A model generated the notes under the pieces. The model made no database searches, had not been told where the DNA came from, and saw only the letters and a program-made list of their open reading frames with translations. Shown here piece by piece: positions 20,067 to 29,672 of a DNA stretch of 64,000 bases (its first letter is position 1; the number at the start of each line of letters is the position of its first letter). This DNA is from an uncultured Hyphomicrobiales bacterium. Its GTDB lineage: Bacteria; Bacteroidota; Ignavibacteria; Kapaibacteriales; UBA2268. Position numbers and translations under genes: made by a program. Location of the stretch: positions 135,932 through 199,931 of the forward strand of contig CAZWLN010000001.1 in assembly GCA_964634885.1 (NCBI GenBank). The letters are read 5' to 3'.

Positions 20067-21320
20067 CTATAATTTGAAGAATCCTTTTGTTGTTATTCCG
20101 TTTACGGTTTCCATAGATAAATAGAAACAACCGCTGTTAATGTTTTTTAATTGTATTGATACTCTATTGTAACCTGATGAAAAGTATTGCATAGGAGTTG
20201 AGAAGATTTCATTGCCAATTATATCATAGATATGGAACCTGGCATGGCTTTGCTCTGAAAGCTTGAGAGTAACTGTCAGTTCTTCATAGGCAGGATTGGG
20301 AGTTATCAATAGAAACGCATTGGACGCATAGTAGTCAAAGACCTCAGTAACACCGCTGTAATTGTAAATGCTGTTCAAATCGGATTTCAAATTTTGTTTA
20401 AAGTCATCGACGTCCACAACAGTCCCGTATCCCATGACATTATCAGGGTCAAAGACTTTACCGTCGATTACCGGGTACATATTGAGGTATCGGTTACCGT
20501 TTGAAAAAGGTGAAAACCAATAATAGTTAGTACTGTCGTCGCTGCAAATACCTGCATAACCTGTTAACATGATATATTCACGATTGCTAACTATCCATGG
20601 ATTGCCCGAAGAATCGACAGGAGGGCCCTTATCTTTTGTATAAACACAGGAAAACTGAAAACACGAACCGGGCAGAGCTTTTTGAGTCCTCGGATATGGG
20701 TCATATACATCATAGCTGCTGTCAATAAGATTGGGATCCTTGCATATCGGAATTACTTTCCCGGAAATTGTATCGATGATTGTACCGGTAATAATTAAAT
20801 AGGAAAAAACGGTTGTAGGGCTTGGAATTGTTTTAACTTCATTAACTTTTATATGGCTGATATTAATTGAATTAGCAAGGTTTATTAATTTGTACGGAGA
20901 GTCTAACAATTCGCGCATTTTCGTTGATGTGTAACCATATATATAGATTGGTGCAAGTTGATAGTTTGAATCCCGATATATCCAGTACAAACTTGAAGTA
21001 AGGCCATCATAATTATTTTGAATGGCTATATACTTCAGGTAGTATCTTAATGTGTCGTTGAGGTAGGTTTGTCTTGCAAGGAAATCATTCCATTCCTTTA
21101 AATTTTTTACGTTGCGGGACAGGCTGTCGAAATACATATATGATTCGATTACATTCTCAGGCATGTCCTTATTTACCGGAAAAGCGTCGAGAAGATTAAT
21201 TCTGTATGTTAACCCGTAATAGCTTTCCCAATTATCCGGCCAACAGGGAGGCTGCTGAGATTCAGCGCAGTAGATAGAAAAAAGGAATAATAATGTAAAT
21301 AAAAACGATTGCCTTTTCAT
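20067..21320 (-). CDS. Secreted hypothetical protein with T9SS C-terminal sorting domain
   Basis: Signal peptide MKRQSFLFTLLFLFSIYCAES. C-terminal LLITPNPAYEELTVTLKL...GCFYLSMETVNGITTKGFFKL sorting-domain pattern. Confidence 0.6.
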   Translation of the reverse strand: MKRQSFLFTLLFLFSIYCAESQQPPCWPDNWESYYGLTYRINLLDAFPVNKDMPENVIESYMYFDSLSRNVKNLKEWNDFLARQTYLNDTLRYYLKYIAIQNNYDGLTSSLYWIYRDSNYQLAPIYIYGYTSTKMRELLDSPYKLINLANSINISHIKVNEVKTIPSPTTVFSYLIITGTIIDTISGKVIPICKDPNLIDSSYDVYDPYPRTQKALPGSCFQFSCVYTKDKGPPVDSSGNPWIVSNREYIMLTGYAGICSDDSTNYYWFSPFSNGNRYLNMYPVIDGKVFDPDNVMGYGTVVDVDDFKQNLKSDLNSIYNYSGVTEVFDYYASNAFLLITPNPAYEELTVTLKLSEQSHARFHIYDIIGNEIFSTPMQYFSSGYNRVSIQLKNINSGCFYLSMETVNGITTKGFFKL

Positions 21321-21789
21321 TAGTATTACTCCTCAATATTATGAATGTATTTTAATAATAAATACAAATTTAATATAGAACAGACAATCGACATTTCCAA
21401 ATTAATTTATATTCATTTTATTTTTATATAATATTGCCATTATTTTATCATTTATTTGTTCGGAAACATTCAGCTATTTGCTTATATCTTATATACTTAT
21501 TGCAACTATCTAATGTATTAATATTAATTAATTTACATAATTTCACTTTAGCATTAACTAAGTTTTGGTATTGGAATAAATATTTCTTATTATGCATTAA
21601 TAGTAAATGCAATGTCCAAAAAGCTGAAAGAAATGATCTGCTATTGGCAGGTTTAAACTCATGCGCAACCCGGTTTACTCTCTTCGGCTTTTTGGACTCT
21701 TTTTTTTGCAAAATTCCTTTAAAATTCCCTTGAAATTTCATAGGTTTCTGTTTATATTATATCTGTACCTTTAACAAAACGGACAGAAT

Positions 21790-22848
21790 ATGAAATATTT
21801 GTTTTTTGACAAGGAAGAGCAGCCATACACCATCGAAAGTGAAGATGAGATGGTTTCTTTCATCGAAGACGGTTCGCTCAAAGGAAAAACTTTACTCTAC
21901 GACTTCGAAAAGGACAGACTGGACAAGGCTTCCCAGTACGGAGAATTCTCCCGGCTAAACAGCGCTGCCGCCAAAGGGCCGCGTGTCGTCGAAACATCCT
22001 CAGGCCAGACTACCCTGACCTATGATCGGACATTGACCGACAAAGAACAGTATATCATCCGTGGGAAAGACGTCCTGTCGAAGTCTGCCCCACAGAAAGT
22101 GAAATCGGCCGTCGGCTGTGTCTTTTCACTGATTATTATTTTCGTCGTAGGCATTCCGTGGATCCTGAGCATTGTCGATAGTAACGACGAGGAAGTAAGT
22201 AGTACCACGTCTTCTGGTCCAATTATTAATTATGACGATGAAACAACTGACAATAAATTCGTTGCTCTACTGAAGTCCTATGAAGAAGAATTCAACAGCG
22301 ATCAGACCAATCTCCAGGCTTCATACGATAATCAAAATACCGGTGTTTTCCTTTCTGATACGGTGCTGAGTTCAAAAGATTCCATAGATAAATACAACCA
22401 AAGAACAAATATGCTGATTGCATATATTCAGGGGCTGATTACAAAAGAAGAGGAGCGGTACAAGCTGTACAAAGACAGCTTCGACGAATTCTTTGCCTCA
22501 GACAGCAGCTATTCTGCCTCCAAAGAAATCATCTACAAGGAGATAAACAAAGGACATGAAAAGATTGCCGCATTCTACAATCTCGAACTCGATGCGATGA
22601 GCGATATACAAAAAATCTACAAATTACTCATGTCCATTCCCCAAAAATATCATTTCGAATCGGGACAGATAGTTTTTGACAAGACTGCCGACCTCAAGAA
22701 GTTTAATACGATGATATTCGATTTCAGGGAAAAAGCCGCAATGGAGAAAGAATGGATGAACAAAAAAGAACAGTCGGGACTATTTGATATTCAGTTAATT
22801 CGGGAGAAAATGCTTGCTGAAGAGCTATCCGTTAAGCCAAATGAATGA
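21790..22848 (+). CDS. Hypothetical single-pass membrane protein (possible N-terminal GYF-like/DUF4339-like module, C-terminal coiled coil)
   Basis: One hydrophobic helix VGCVFSLIIIFVVGIPWILSIV. Preceded by an AT-rich promoter region. Confidence 0.5.
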   Translation: MKYLFFDKEEQPYTIESEDEMVSFIEDGSLKGKTLLYDFEKDRLDKASQYGEFSRLNSAAAKGPRVVETSSGQTTLTYDRTLTDKEQYIIRGKDVLSKSAPQKVKSAVGCVFSLIIIFVVGIPWILSIVDSNDEEVSSTTSSGPIINYDDETTDNKFVALLKSYEEEFNSDQTNLQASYDNQNTGVFLSDTVLSSKDSIDKYNQRTNMLIAYIQGLITKEEERYKLYKDSFDEFFASDSSYSASKEIIYKEINKGHEKIAAFYNLELDAMSDIQKIYKLLMSIPQKYHFESGQIVFDKTADLKKFNTMIFDFREKAAMEKEWMNKKEQSGLFDIQLIREKMLAEELSVKPNE

Positions 22849-23071
22849 TCTGATAAATCAATGTTCAATGCTGACATCACAAGTATCATGTAAAAAATTA
22901 TTTGATATTCCGGGAATAAACGGATAATTTTGTCGTATTATTAATATTAATTATGTGAATTGAAAATTTGAGAAATAATAAGTGTTTATCCGCATTAAGA
23001 ATGGTTGATTCGAGCCGATAACACACAATTAAACTGGATTGAAGAGTAAAAGGGGAACTGGCTTGAAAGTA

Positions 23072-24196
23072 ATGAATAGAATTATATGCGTTGTACTGGT
23101 ACTTCTAATAGCTATTACATATCTAAGCGAAGCAAAATACGGGAAGAATTGTGGTGGCTGTACAGGCTGCAGCAAAGGAAAAACACAACCTGTTGCCATG
23201 GTGCAGGATAAAGATGAATTTGAACCCGTTTCAAACCAGGACGAGTTTGAAGAAGTTACGGATACCAATGAATTCAGTGAGGTAATTGGCCAATCTGAAT
23301 TTGAACAGCCTGGCGCCATCGACACAACGGTTCCGGAAGAAGTTGGTATTAATTGGGATATGCTTTACTGGCCCCTCGGTGCCCTTGCTTTTACCATTCT
23401 TGCGGGTTTCCTTGTCAGGTTCAGGCCGACCAGGACAGTAAGGGGAGTGCTGCTTACCGGCTCAGTAATATTCCTCGGTTTCTACAACGGCGCCTGTCCA
23501 TGCCCTATCTCAAGCTTAAGCAATACCTTCATCGGCGCCATCGGCGGGGACGCCCCATGGGAGGCAATGGTCTGGTTCCTGGGATTGATACCGGTCACAT
23601 TTGTCTTCGGAAAAGTATGGTGCGGGTGGATCTGCCATCTGGGTGCGCTCCAGGAATTCATATACAGGTCGGACAAGCTGAAATTCCTCAGGGGCAATAA
23701 GGCACAGATTGTAATGAAAGTCATGAGATGGGCTTTGCTTGTTACCTTGATTGTACAGCTCATATATACACAGACTTACCTGTTCGACGAGATCGACCCC
23801 TTCAGGACAGCATTCAACCTTGGCTTCGGGACTAGCCTTACCGGCTGGATACTGTTGGGCCTCATGCTGCTTTCTTCGGTGTTCATTTACAGGCCTTTCT
23901 GCAAAGCTGCATGCCCCATAGGCCTGCTGCTCGGCTTTGTGGCAAAGATACCAGGTGCGTCCGTACTGGGAGCAAAAGAGATATGTACAGGCTGTGTAAC
24001 ATGCTCCAAAGCTTGTAAGTACGACGCCATTGTAAGGAAAGATAAATACAGTGTACTCGACAATACGGAGTGCATCCTCTGCGGCGAGTGTATCGACCAA
24101 TGCAGGCAAAACGGTATTTTATTCTATAGAAAAGGGAAAAAACACGGTGATAAAGTCATTCTTGAAGCCTGTTCTGTGGCTGCTGATAATAAGTAA
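23072..24196 (+). CDS. NapH/MauN-like membrane polyferredoxin (2x CX3CP + 2x 4Fe-4S ferredoxin motifs) with acidic periplasmic N-terminal segment
   Basis: TM-embedded WCGWICHLG and FCKAACPIGLL (CX3CP). C-terminal CTGCVTCSKACKYDA and CILCGECIDQCRQN. N-terminal CGGCTGCSKGK and an acidic DEFEPVSNQDEFEEVTDTNEFSEV stretch. The track start at 23039 is a TTG codon, so the true start is uncertain. Confidence 0.7.
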   Translation: MNRIICVVLVLLIAITYLSEAKYGKNCGGCTGCSKGKTQPVAMVQDKDEFEPVSNQDEFEEVTDTNEFSEVIGQSEFEQPGAIDTTVPEEVGINWDMLYWPLGALAFTILAGFLVRFRPTRTVRGVLLTGSVIFLGFYNGACPCPISSLSNTFIGAIGGDAPWEAMVWFLGLIPVTFVFGKVWCGWICHLGALQEFIYRSDKLKFLRGNKAQIVMKVMRWALLVTLIVQLIYTQTYLFDEIDPFRTAFNLGFGTSLTGWILLGLMLLSSVFIYRPFCKAACPIGLLLGFVAKIPGASVLGAKEICTGCVTCSKACKYDAIVRKDKYSVLDNTECILCGECIDQCRQNGILFYRKGKKHGDKVILEACSVAADNK

Positions 24197-25424
24197 CATT
24201 ACATTAAAGGCAGGAGTTGACTGCCCCTCGTCGGTACCGGCACACATGAAGCCAATATGGGACGGCAGCAACTTCTCATGGGCTGTTGAAGGTACATTCG
24301 GCATCGGTGTAATTAACGACGTTACCATCATGAACCAGATGCTTGTTTTGGGCGCTGCATACCAGTTCGGAAGCCCTCGGCACCGCATCTATTTCGAGGG
24401 GGTAGGAAAAGGCTGGTACAATTCCGAAGAAGGCGATAACCTGGACTATGACAGGAATATTGAAGTAATCGAACGCGACCACATCGGTGTCAGGGAACTG
24501 AACTACAAATACTCAGGCAAAGAAACCAGCCTGGCCGTGGGGTTACAGACAATGGGCGTCGGCGACTATTTCCTGATGGATGAACGCGCACTCGCTATTA
24601 ACTATGGCGATTACTTCGGCAAACTTAACGTAAACGCTTCTGTCGGCACCGTGATGAGGCATTTCGCACGGCAACGCAGCGTATGTGCCCTGAGACACCT
24701 GTACAACATCAGCGGCGGGGGTAAATACGGCCTTGTTGGAAAAGGGTTCGGGGAAACGAACTTCCTCGCTGCAACAGCCAAATGGCTTCCCAACCGCGAA
24801 GTAAAAAAAGACGGTGAAGAGTCGGCGGATGAATTTGAGGAAGTTACGGATGACAATTCAAAAAGCATATTCGAAGAAGCCGGCCTGATCTTTTACGAAG
24901 AATTCGGCAGGGGCTTTTCGGAGTATAAATACTATGCAGGAGCCTTTACTTCGGTAAACCTGCCTTTCGAATCGCTCCTCAGGTTCGAAACCGTTTACCA
25001 GTATATCCCGAACGAAAGGTGCTTCGCTTATTACGCCGACATATACAAAGGCATTACCTGGGACAACAACTCATCCACCGGGTTTGCCGTCGGCGGCCTC
25101 GGAAAATCATGCATTGACAACGGTGTATATTTCTATCCTTCATTCTCCAATTTGTATATTGGCGAGGTGATGAGGCTCGACGACAGGGAAATCCCGATCG
25201 TTTATGCCGCCGTTAAGCATAAATTCCCCTGGAAGAACAAACTCGTAATCAACTTCCAGGCAATGACACAGCTTGAAGATGTACATACAAGTGAAATAGA
25301 CCTGGAATTTGTTTGCAGGCTGTTCGGTTTCATCAAGTGGACAAATACCTTCAGCATGATAAATTCCAATGCTCTCGACGAAACCTATTATATGGCAAGA
25401 ACAGAAATAAGATTGGCTTATTAA
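24162..25424 (+). CDS. Predicted outer-membrane beta-barrel protein
   Basis: Start uncertain: TTG at 24162 gives MKPVLWLLIISNITLKA, and GTG at 24147 is also possible. The track ORF at 24051 overlaps the upstream gene. Alternating amphipathic beta-strand pattern. C-terminal ...TEIRLAY ends in an aromatic residue. Contains an acidic ADEFEEVTDDNSKSIFEE stretch that echoes the upstream protein. Confidence 0.55.
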   Translation: MKPVLWLLIISNITLKAGVDCPSSVPAHMKPIWDGSNFSWAVEGTFGIGVINDVTIMNQMLVLGAAYQFGSPRHRIYFEGVGKGWYNSEEGDNLDYDRNIEVIERDHIGVRELNYKYSGKETSLAVGLQTMGVGDYFLMDERALAINYGDYFGKLNVNASVGTVMRHFARQRSVCALRHLYNISGGGKYGLVGKGFGETNFLAATAKWLPNREVKKDGEESADEFEEVTDDNSKSIFEEAGLIFYEEFGRGFSEYKYYAGAFTSVNLPFESLLRFETVYQYIPNERCFAYYADIYKGITWDNNSSTGFAVGGLGKSCIDNGVYFYPSFSNLYIGEVMRLDDREIPIVYAAVKHKFPWKNKLVINFQAMTQLEDVHTSEIDLEFVCRLFGFIKWTNTFSMINSNALDETYYMARTEIRLAY

Positions 25425-25438
25425 ACTAAGGAAATAAT

Positions 25439-26677
25439 ATGGATGAAAGAATAAAAAGGCGGAATTTTCTGAAGGCAATATCCCTGGCTGCTGCCGGCAG
25501 TGCGGTATGTTCTGCATTCCCGTTACTGACCTCGTGCACAAAGAACGGCGTCAGCCCACTCGGCGTCTATTCCATCGACACTGAAAAATGCTTAGGGTGC
25601 GGCGACTGCCTCGGAGCATGTCTTTACAGTGCCATCGACCTTCCCGAATTATCCCGTTATACCATCGACGGGTCAAAGTGTGTCGGCTGCGGCAAATGTG
25701 TGGAAAAATGCAAATATGATGCATTTATCTTACCCGTCAAATCATCCTATACCATAAATGAAACGGCATGTATCGGCTGCGGCAAATGCCTTGAATACTG
25801 CAAGGAAAACGCCATCATCCTGCCGGAGAAATCAACCTATTCCATAGATACGGATACTTGCACCGAATGCGGTAAATGCGTACCAAAATGTCCGGAAGGA
25901 GCATTTGAGGTTAGCATAATAGACTACATCTTCAACAGCGACAATTGCGTCGGCTGCGGCAAATGCCTGACGGCCTGTGCAAACGAAGGTGTGGCAATTA
26001 CCTGGAAAAAAGAGTATTACACCGTTAAAAGGGACCAGTGCGGGCACTGCCATTCGCAATGCGCCACTGCATGTGAGTATGAAGCCATTACCATTTCAGG
26101 TAAAGCGACGATCGACAAGGACAAATGCCAGAGATGCGGCAAGTGTATTATTGCCTGCCCTAACAGCGCAATCAATAAAGCCGTCGTTCAGAAAGACGAC
26201 ACTAAATGTAACCACTGCGGAAAGTGCTACCGTTATTGTGCTTACGACGCCGTTACACAATCCAAGCCGTCGGACTATCACGCTCCCAGGGTAAACCAGG
26301 AACTATGCACTGCCTGTGGCCAGTGTATGCTGCCTGCCTCCCTGGCTTGTGTCGATTACGAGGCTGTTACGAGGGTATTAAAGAAAGCAGCCATCGACCT
26401 GAATAAATGTACGGCATGTGGTGACTGCAATGTTCCTGCCGCTCCGGCATGCCCCGAAAGCTATGCTGCTATTGTAGGGAACCTGAAAACAGCTGAAGTA
26501 AACCAGTCGAAGTGCATACGCTGCAATGAGTGCCTCAGCGTTTCAGATCCAGCATGCCCCGTGAAATTCAATGCCATTACTCTTACTTCAAAACAGGCAG
26601 AGATAAATGACGCTAAATGCCGTGCATGTGGGGACTGTCTGCCGGAATGTAAATATGACGCTATTTTCAGGGGGTAA
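25439..26677 (+). CDS. Tat-exported polyferredoxin with ~12 tandem 4Fe-4S cluster-binding motifs
   Basis: Twin-arginine signal RRNFLKAISLAAAGSA. Twelve CxxCxxC(x)nC(P) units counted by eye (CLGCGDCLGAC, CVGCGKCVEKC, CIGCGKCLEYC, CTECGKCVPKC, CVGCGKCLTAC, CGHCHSQCATAC, CQRCGKCIIAC, CNHCGKCYRYC, CTACGQC...AC, CTACGDC...ACP, CIRCNEC...ACP, CRACGDCLPEC). Confidence 0.8.
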   Translation: MDERIKRRNFLKAISLAAAGSAVCSAFPLLTSCTKNGVSPLGVYSIDTEKCLGCGDCLGACLYSAIDLPELSRYTIDGSKCVGCGKCVEKCKYDAFILPVKSSYTINETACIGCGKCLEYCKENAIILPEKSTYSIDTDTCTECGKCVPKCPEGAFEVSIIDYIFNSDNCVGCGKCLTACANEGVAITWKKEYYTVKRDQCGHCHSQCATACEYEAITISGKATIDKDKCQRCGKCIIACPNSAINKAVVQKDDTKCNHCGKCYRYCAYDAVTQSKPSDYHAPRVNQELCTACGQCMLPASLACVDYEAVTRVLKKAAIDLNKCTACGDCNVPAAPACPESYAAIVGNLKTAEVNQSKCIRCNECLSVSDPACPVKFNAITLTSKQAEINDAKCRACGDCLPECKYDAIFRG

Positions 26678-26680
26678 AGG

Positions 26681-26884
26681 TCAGATACGCCTTCTTTCCA
26701 TCAGCTTCCTGAAATGCTCGAAAGACCTGTCGTAAGTCTTTTCCGCATCAGCGGGGAAGAAGCATGCCGGTAACTCCCGTGCCCGTTTGTGGTAATTGAC
26801 ACAGTCGCAGCAACGGCCCTTCCTGGGACATGGTTCGTAGGTACAGTTGCAGTTTTGCCTGTTCTTTTCGTCGTTACATTCCAT
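26681..26884 (-). CDS. Small Cys-rich protein ([21 protein letters not shown] family-like), function unknown
   Basis: 67 aa with 8 Cys in a conserved-looking arrangement. Convergent with the polyferredoxin gene. Confidence 0.45.
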   Translation of the reverse strand: MECNDEKNRQNCNCTYEPCPRKGRCCDCVNYHKRARELPACFFPADAEKTYDRSFEHFRKLMERRRI

Positions 26885-26889
26885 AGCGT

Positions 26890-27777
26890 TCAGCCTTTAT
26901 TAATTTCGAATACATAATCAGTGTTGTATGTCCTTACAAAAAGTTTGCCGTCTTTTTTGATGAACATCTCTGCTGCCGAGGCAATCTTTGTTTTACCTAT
27001 AACCCTTCCTGAGTATTTGTCCAACAGGTAGATGAAATCCTTTTCCTGAGTAAATCCGTAGCCGGTGATGATGACATCGCCCTCGACCAGGAAATTGCGC
27101 GAATTGCAGATCAGCGGCTGGCTGCGCCACAGGATGCTATTGGTTTTAAGATCGATAGCCGTAATATATGCGTTCATGTTCCTGGAACTGGACGCGTAAG
27201 TGCTGTGGGCATTGGAAACATAGAGAATTCCCCCTTCGATAGTTGCCCAGTTCACACTCTGGTAGATGAACTCTTTGTCGGCAGCGATATAATCGGGCGA
27301 GTATATATAATTGGAAAAATCGAAGGCGTATTTCATTGAGGATTTTGCCTTGTCGCACACGAAAAGTATCTCCCTGTCGGCAAAATCCTTACCGTAAATC
27401 ATATAGATATAATTATTATCATAGAAACAATCAGTCAGTATCCTGTCGCCGTACTTCACCGGTATCTCCGGCGGAATTTCCCCTGATTGGCCCATGAAAG
27501 GATTGTCAGGGGTATAGGACGGAAATGTAAGTGCATTGCTGCTGAACCAGTTTTCCTCGTCAATGATCTGGTTCTTTTGCTGTGTAACTTTTTTCAGGGC
27601 AATCATCTCTGCCTTCTGCTTTACGTTGGCAAACTGGCCTTTGAAAGGAGGGATTTCCAGTTTTACAGGTTTCATTCCGAAATCGATGTGCGGCTTGTCG
27701 TTCCCCTGGCCGTTTACTACGGCTGAACACAGGAACATTGTAAACACCGTAATTGTTGTAATTATTATTGTTCTCAT
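26890..27777 (-). CDS. Secreted hypothetical protein, possible PQQ/BamB-like beta-propeller repeats
   Basis: Signal peptide [23 protein letters not shown]. Repeated ...ILW...G.VI.G... segments. Confidence 0.45.
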   Translation of the reverse strand: MRTIIITTITVFTMFLCSAVVNGQGNDKPHIDFGMKPVKLEIPPFKGQFANVKQKAEMIALKKVTQQKNQIIDEENWFSSNALTFPSYTPDNPFMGQSGEIPPEIPVKYGDRILTDCFYDNNYIYMIYGKDFADREILFVCDKAKSSMKYAFDFSNYIYSPDYIAADKEFIYQSVNWATIEGGILYVSNAHSTYASSSRNMNAYITAIDLKTNSILWRSQPLICNSRNFLVEGDVIITGYGFTQEKDFIYLLDKYSGRVIGKTKIASAAEMFIKKDGKLFVRTYNTDYVFEINKG

Positions 27778-27977
27778 AAATTATATATATTTTATTAAAC
27801 AATTTTAATTTTTATCAATTTACGTAGAAATATATTAAATATTCAAATATTTAGAATCAGCAATAATTTAATCGAAATTGAAAATATAGTTCAACATCTG
27901 AAGAATGCTTTTTTTCTTTTCAGTCTCTTTTTTAAATTACATTCTTGAATATTGATATAATTTGTTTTTTATTAAGA

Positions 27978-29033
27978 ATGTTAAAAAAGCCATCACTCAG
28001 TAAAAGCGGCAGTTCCAAGGACCTGTCGGCAAAGTCCAAAAGCCCGGTGCTTCCGTTGATACTTCTGGCGGTAGTGATAATCGTCGGTACTGTCGGCTAT
28101 TACTTAATGTGGCTCGACGATTATAATGCCACGATAATCGACTCTCTGTTCATGACACTGACAACAATCACCACCATTGGCTTTGGCGAAGTCAAGCCGC
28201 TTGACGATACGGCCAGGATATTCACCATACTAATTGCCTTTTTCGGCATCGGCAGCCTGTTCTACGTGCTGGGAGTCTGGATGGAAAACCTGTTTATGAT
28301 TCAATTGAATAATAACTCCCGGAGAAAAAAGACCATGAAGATCATCGATAAACTCAACAACCACATAATACTCATCGGGTACGGCAGGGTAGGGCAGCTC
28401 GCCGCAAACGAACTGAAGCAGAGTAACGAAGATTTCATTATCATCGACGCTTCGATTGTTGACAACGATGTCCGCGGCATCGACGACTCAATGCTTACAC
28501 TCAGGGGCGACGCCACCTATGACGATGTACTGATCAGGGCCGGTATCCGGAGAGCAAAAGGCCTCATCATCTCGACACCCGACTCCGCCACCAATGTATT
28601 TATCGTTCTCAGCGCCAAGGTTCTCAATCCGGGGATATTCATCGTTGCAAGGTCAGACTATGAAAACGACGTGGAAAAGCTCCGCAGGGCAGGCGCCGAC
28701 AGGATTGTCAATCCTTACTCCATCGGTGGTGTCAGGATGGCAAACATGATGCTCAACACCAACATCATCGATTTCCTGGAAACGAGCTACGGCGAAGGTG
28801 AAGAAAACCTGAAGATGGAAAACCTGACAATCACTAATAATAATCCATGGGTGAATATGTCACTCAGGGATACTATGGTCAGACAAAAGACAGGGGTGAC
28901 AATCCTCGCAGTCATCAGGAATGGTAAACCACTCGTGAATCCCGGAGGCGACTTCATCATCCGCTCAGGCGACCAGCTTGCTGTGTTTGGTACGAGGTCG
29001 CAGTTGCTGAACCTGGAAAAAGCCTGGGATTGA
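27978..29033 (+). CDS. K+ channel-like protein with RCK (TrkA-N/TrkA-C) domains; non-canonical pore filter TTIGFGE
   Basis: Two TM helices flank TLTTITTIGFGEVKP. Rossmann IILIGYGRVGQLAANEL. C-terminal TrkA-C-like domain. ATG at 27978 (the track start at 27945 is TTG). Confidence 0.7.
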   Translation: MLKKPSLSKSGSSKDLSAKSKSPVLPLILLAVVIIVGTVGYYLMWLDDYNATIIDSLFMTLTTITTIGFGEVKPLDDTARIFTILIAFFGIGSLFYVLGVWMENLFMIQLNNNSRRKKTMKIIDKLNNHIILIGYGRVGQLAANELKQSNEDFIIIDASIVDNDVRGIDDSMLTLRGDATYDDVLIRAGIRRAKGLIISTPDSATNVFIVLSAKVLNPGIFIVARSDYENDVEKLRRAGADRIVNPYSIGGVRMANMMLNTNIIDFLETSYGEGEENLKMENLTITNNNPWVNMSLRDTMVRQKTGVTILAVIRNGKPLVNPGGDFIIRSGDQLAVFGTRSQLLNLEKAWD

Positions 29034-29090
29034 ATTCTGAATTCTGAGCCGAGCGCAGCGAGACCGGCGTAGCCAATTCTGAATTATGAA
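29032..29090. repeat. Intergenic repeat block GAGCCGAGCGCAGCGAGACCGGCGTAGCCAATTCTGA (also present twice at 35211..35282)
   Basis: Direct comparison of the two intergenic regions shows a near-identical ~37-nt block. Confidence 0.7.
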
Positions 29091-29181
29091 TGTAAGAAAA
29101 AGCAGAGCTGGAGCGACTTTCCCCTCCTTGGATAAGGAGGGGGCAGGGGGTGGTTGGACTTCTTCAGTTCTTCAGTTCTTC

Positions 29182-29337
29182 AAGTTTATAAAGTTTGTAA
29201 AGAAAGAATGAAAGCCCCAGAGAGGCGGCATATTAATATTGAAAAGTAAGAATGATAGCCCCAGAGGGGCGGCATATTAATAGTTTATAAAGTTTGTAAA
29301 GAAAGAATGAAAGCCCCAGAGGGGCGGCATATTAATA
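29182..29337. repeat. Direct repeats: two ~56-nt units plus a partial copy, each carrying the hairpin core AGCCCCAGAG(A/G)GGCGGCATATTAATA
   Basis: Cores lie at 29213..29238, 29257..29282 and 29312..29337. Each contains the GCCCC-AGA-GGGGC stem-loop. Confidence 0.7.
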
Positions 29338-29350
29338 GGTAAAGACGAAC

Positions 29351-29371
29351 AGCCCCACAGGGGCTTTTTCC
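29351..29371 (+). terminator. Rho-independent terminator AGCCCC-ACAG-GGGGCT-TTTTT
   Basis: Perfect 6-bp GC-rich stem followed by a T5 tract. It terminates the stem-loop array. Confidence 0.6.
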
Positions 29372-29548
29372 TCTCTCAATAGCCACGTCATTTATGGCGT
29401 GGGCAGGAAATAGAAAGAAAATAATTTACTCAGTTCCAGGAGCGTCGGGTTTGACTCTACCTGCGAGGTGGAGTCTATCTTGCAGATTGCCCGTTGTTAA
29501 CCTTACGAATTTGGTAAAACCTTCGGAAGGTTTGATGCGTATTTGTGT

Positions 29549-29604
29549 TCTTTCTCCTTCCCCTTGGGGAAGGCCGGGATGGGGTTTGTTAGTTTGTAAA
29601 GTCT
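29549..29604. repeat. Intergenic repeat block CTCCTTCCCCTTGGGGAAGGCCGGGATGGGGTT...GTTTGTAAAG (paralogous copy at 35119..35199)
   Basis: Near-identical block in both intergenic loci; the second copy has an internal CCCCTTGGGGAA duplication. Confidence 0.7.
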
Positions 29605-29672
29605 TAAAGGTATGAAGCCAACCACATAGGCATAATATTGTTGAACATAGGAAAAATAACCGGCAATAAATA

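Noticed and set aside
24051-24161. Upstream extension of the outer-membrane barrel ORF to the ATG at 24051
   Set aside because: It would overlap the NapH-like gene by 145 nt and place a non-signal-like sequence before the obvious signal peptide (KPVLWLLIISNITLKA). An internal TTG or GTG start is more plausible.
29162-29340. Possible CRISPR array (regularly spaced repeats)
   Set aside because: Only three copies. The 'spacers' are themselves repeated sequence. The unit contains a hairpin plus an AT-rich tail and ends in a terminator. There are no cas genes. It is better explained as a tandem stem-loop repeat.
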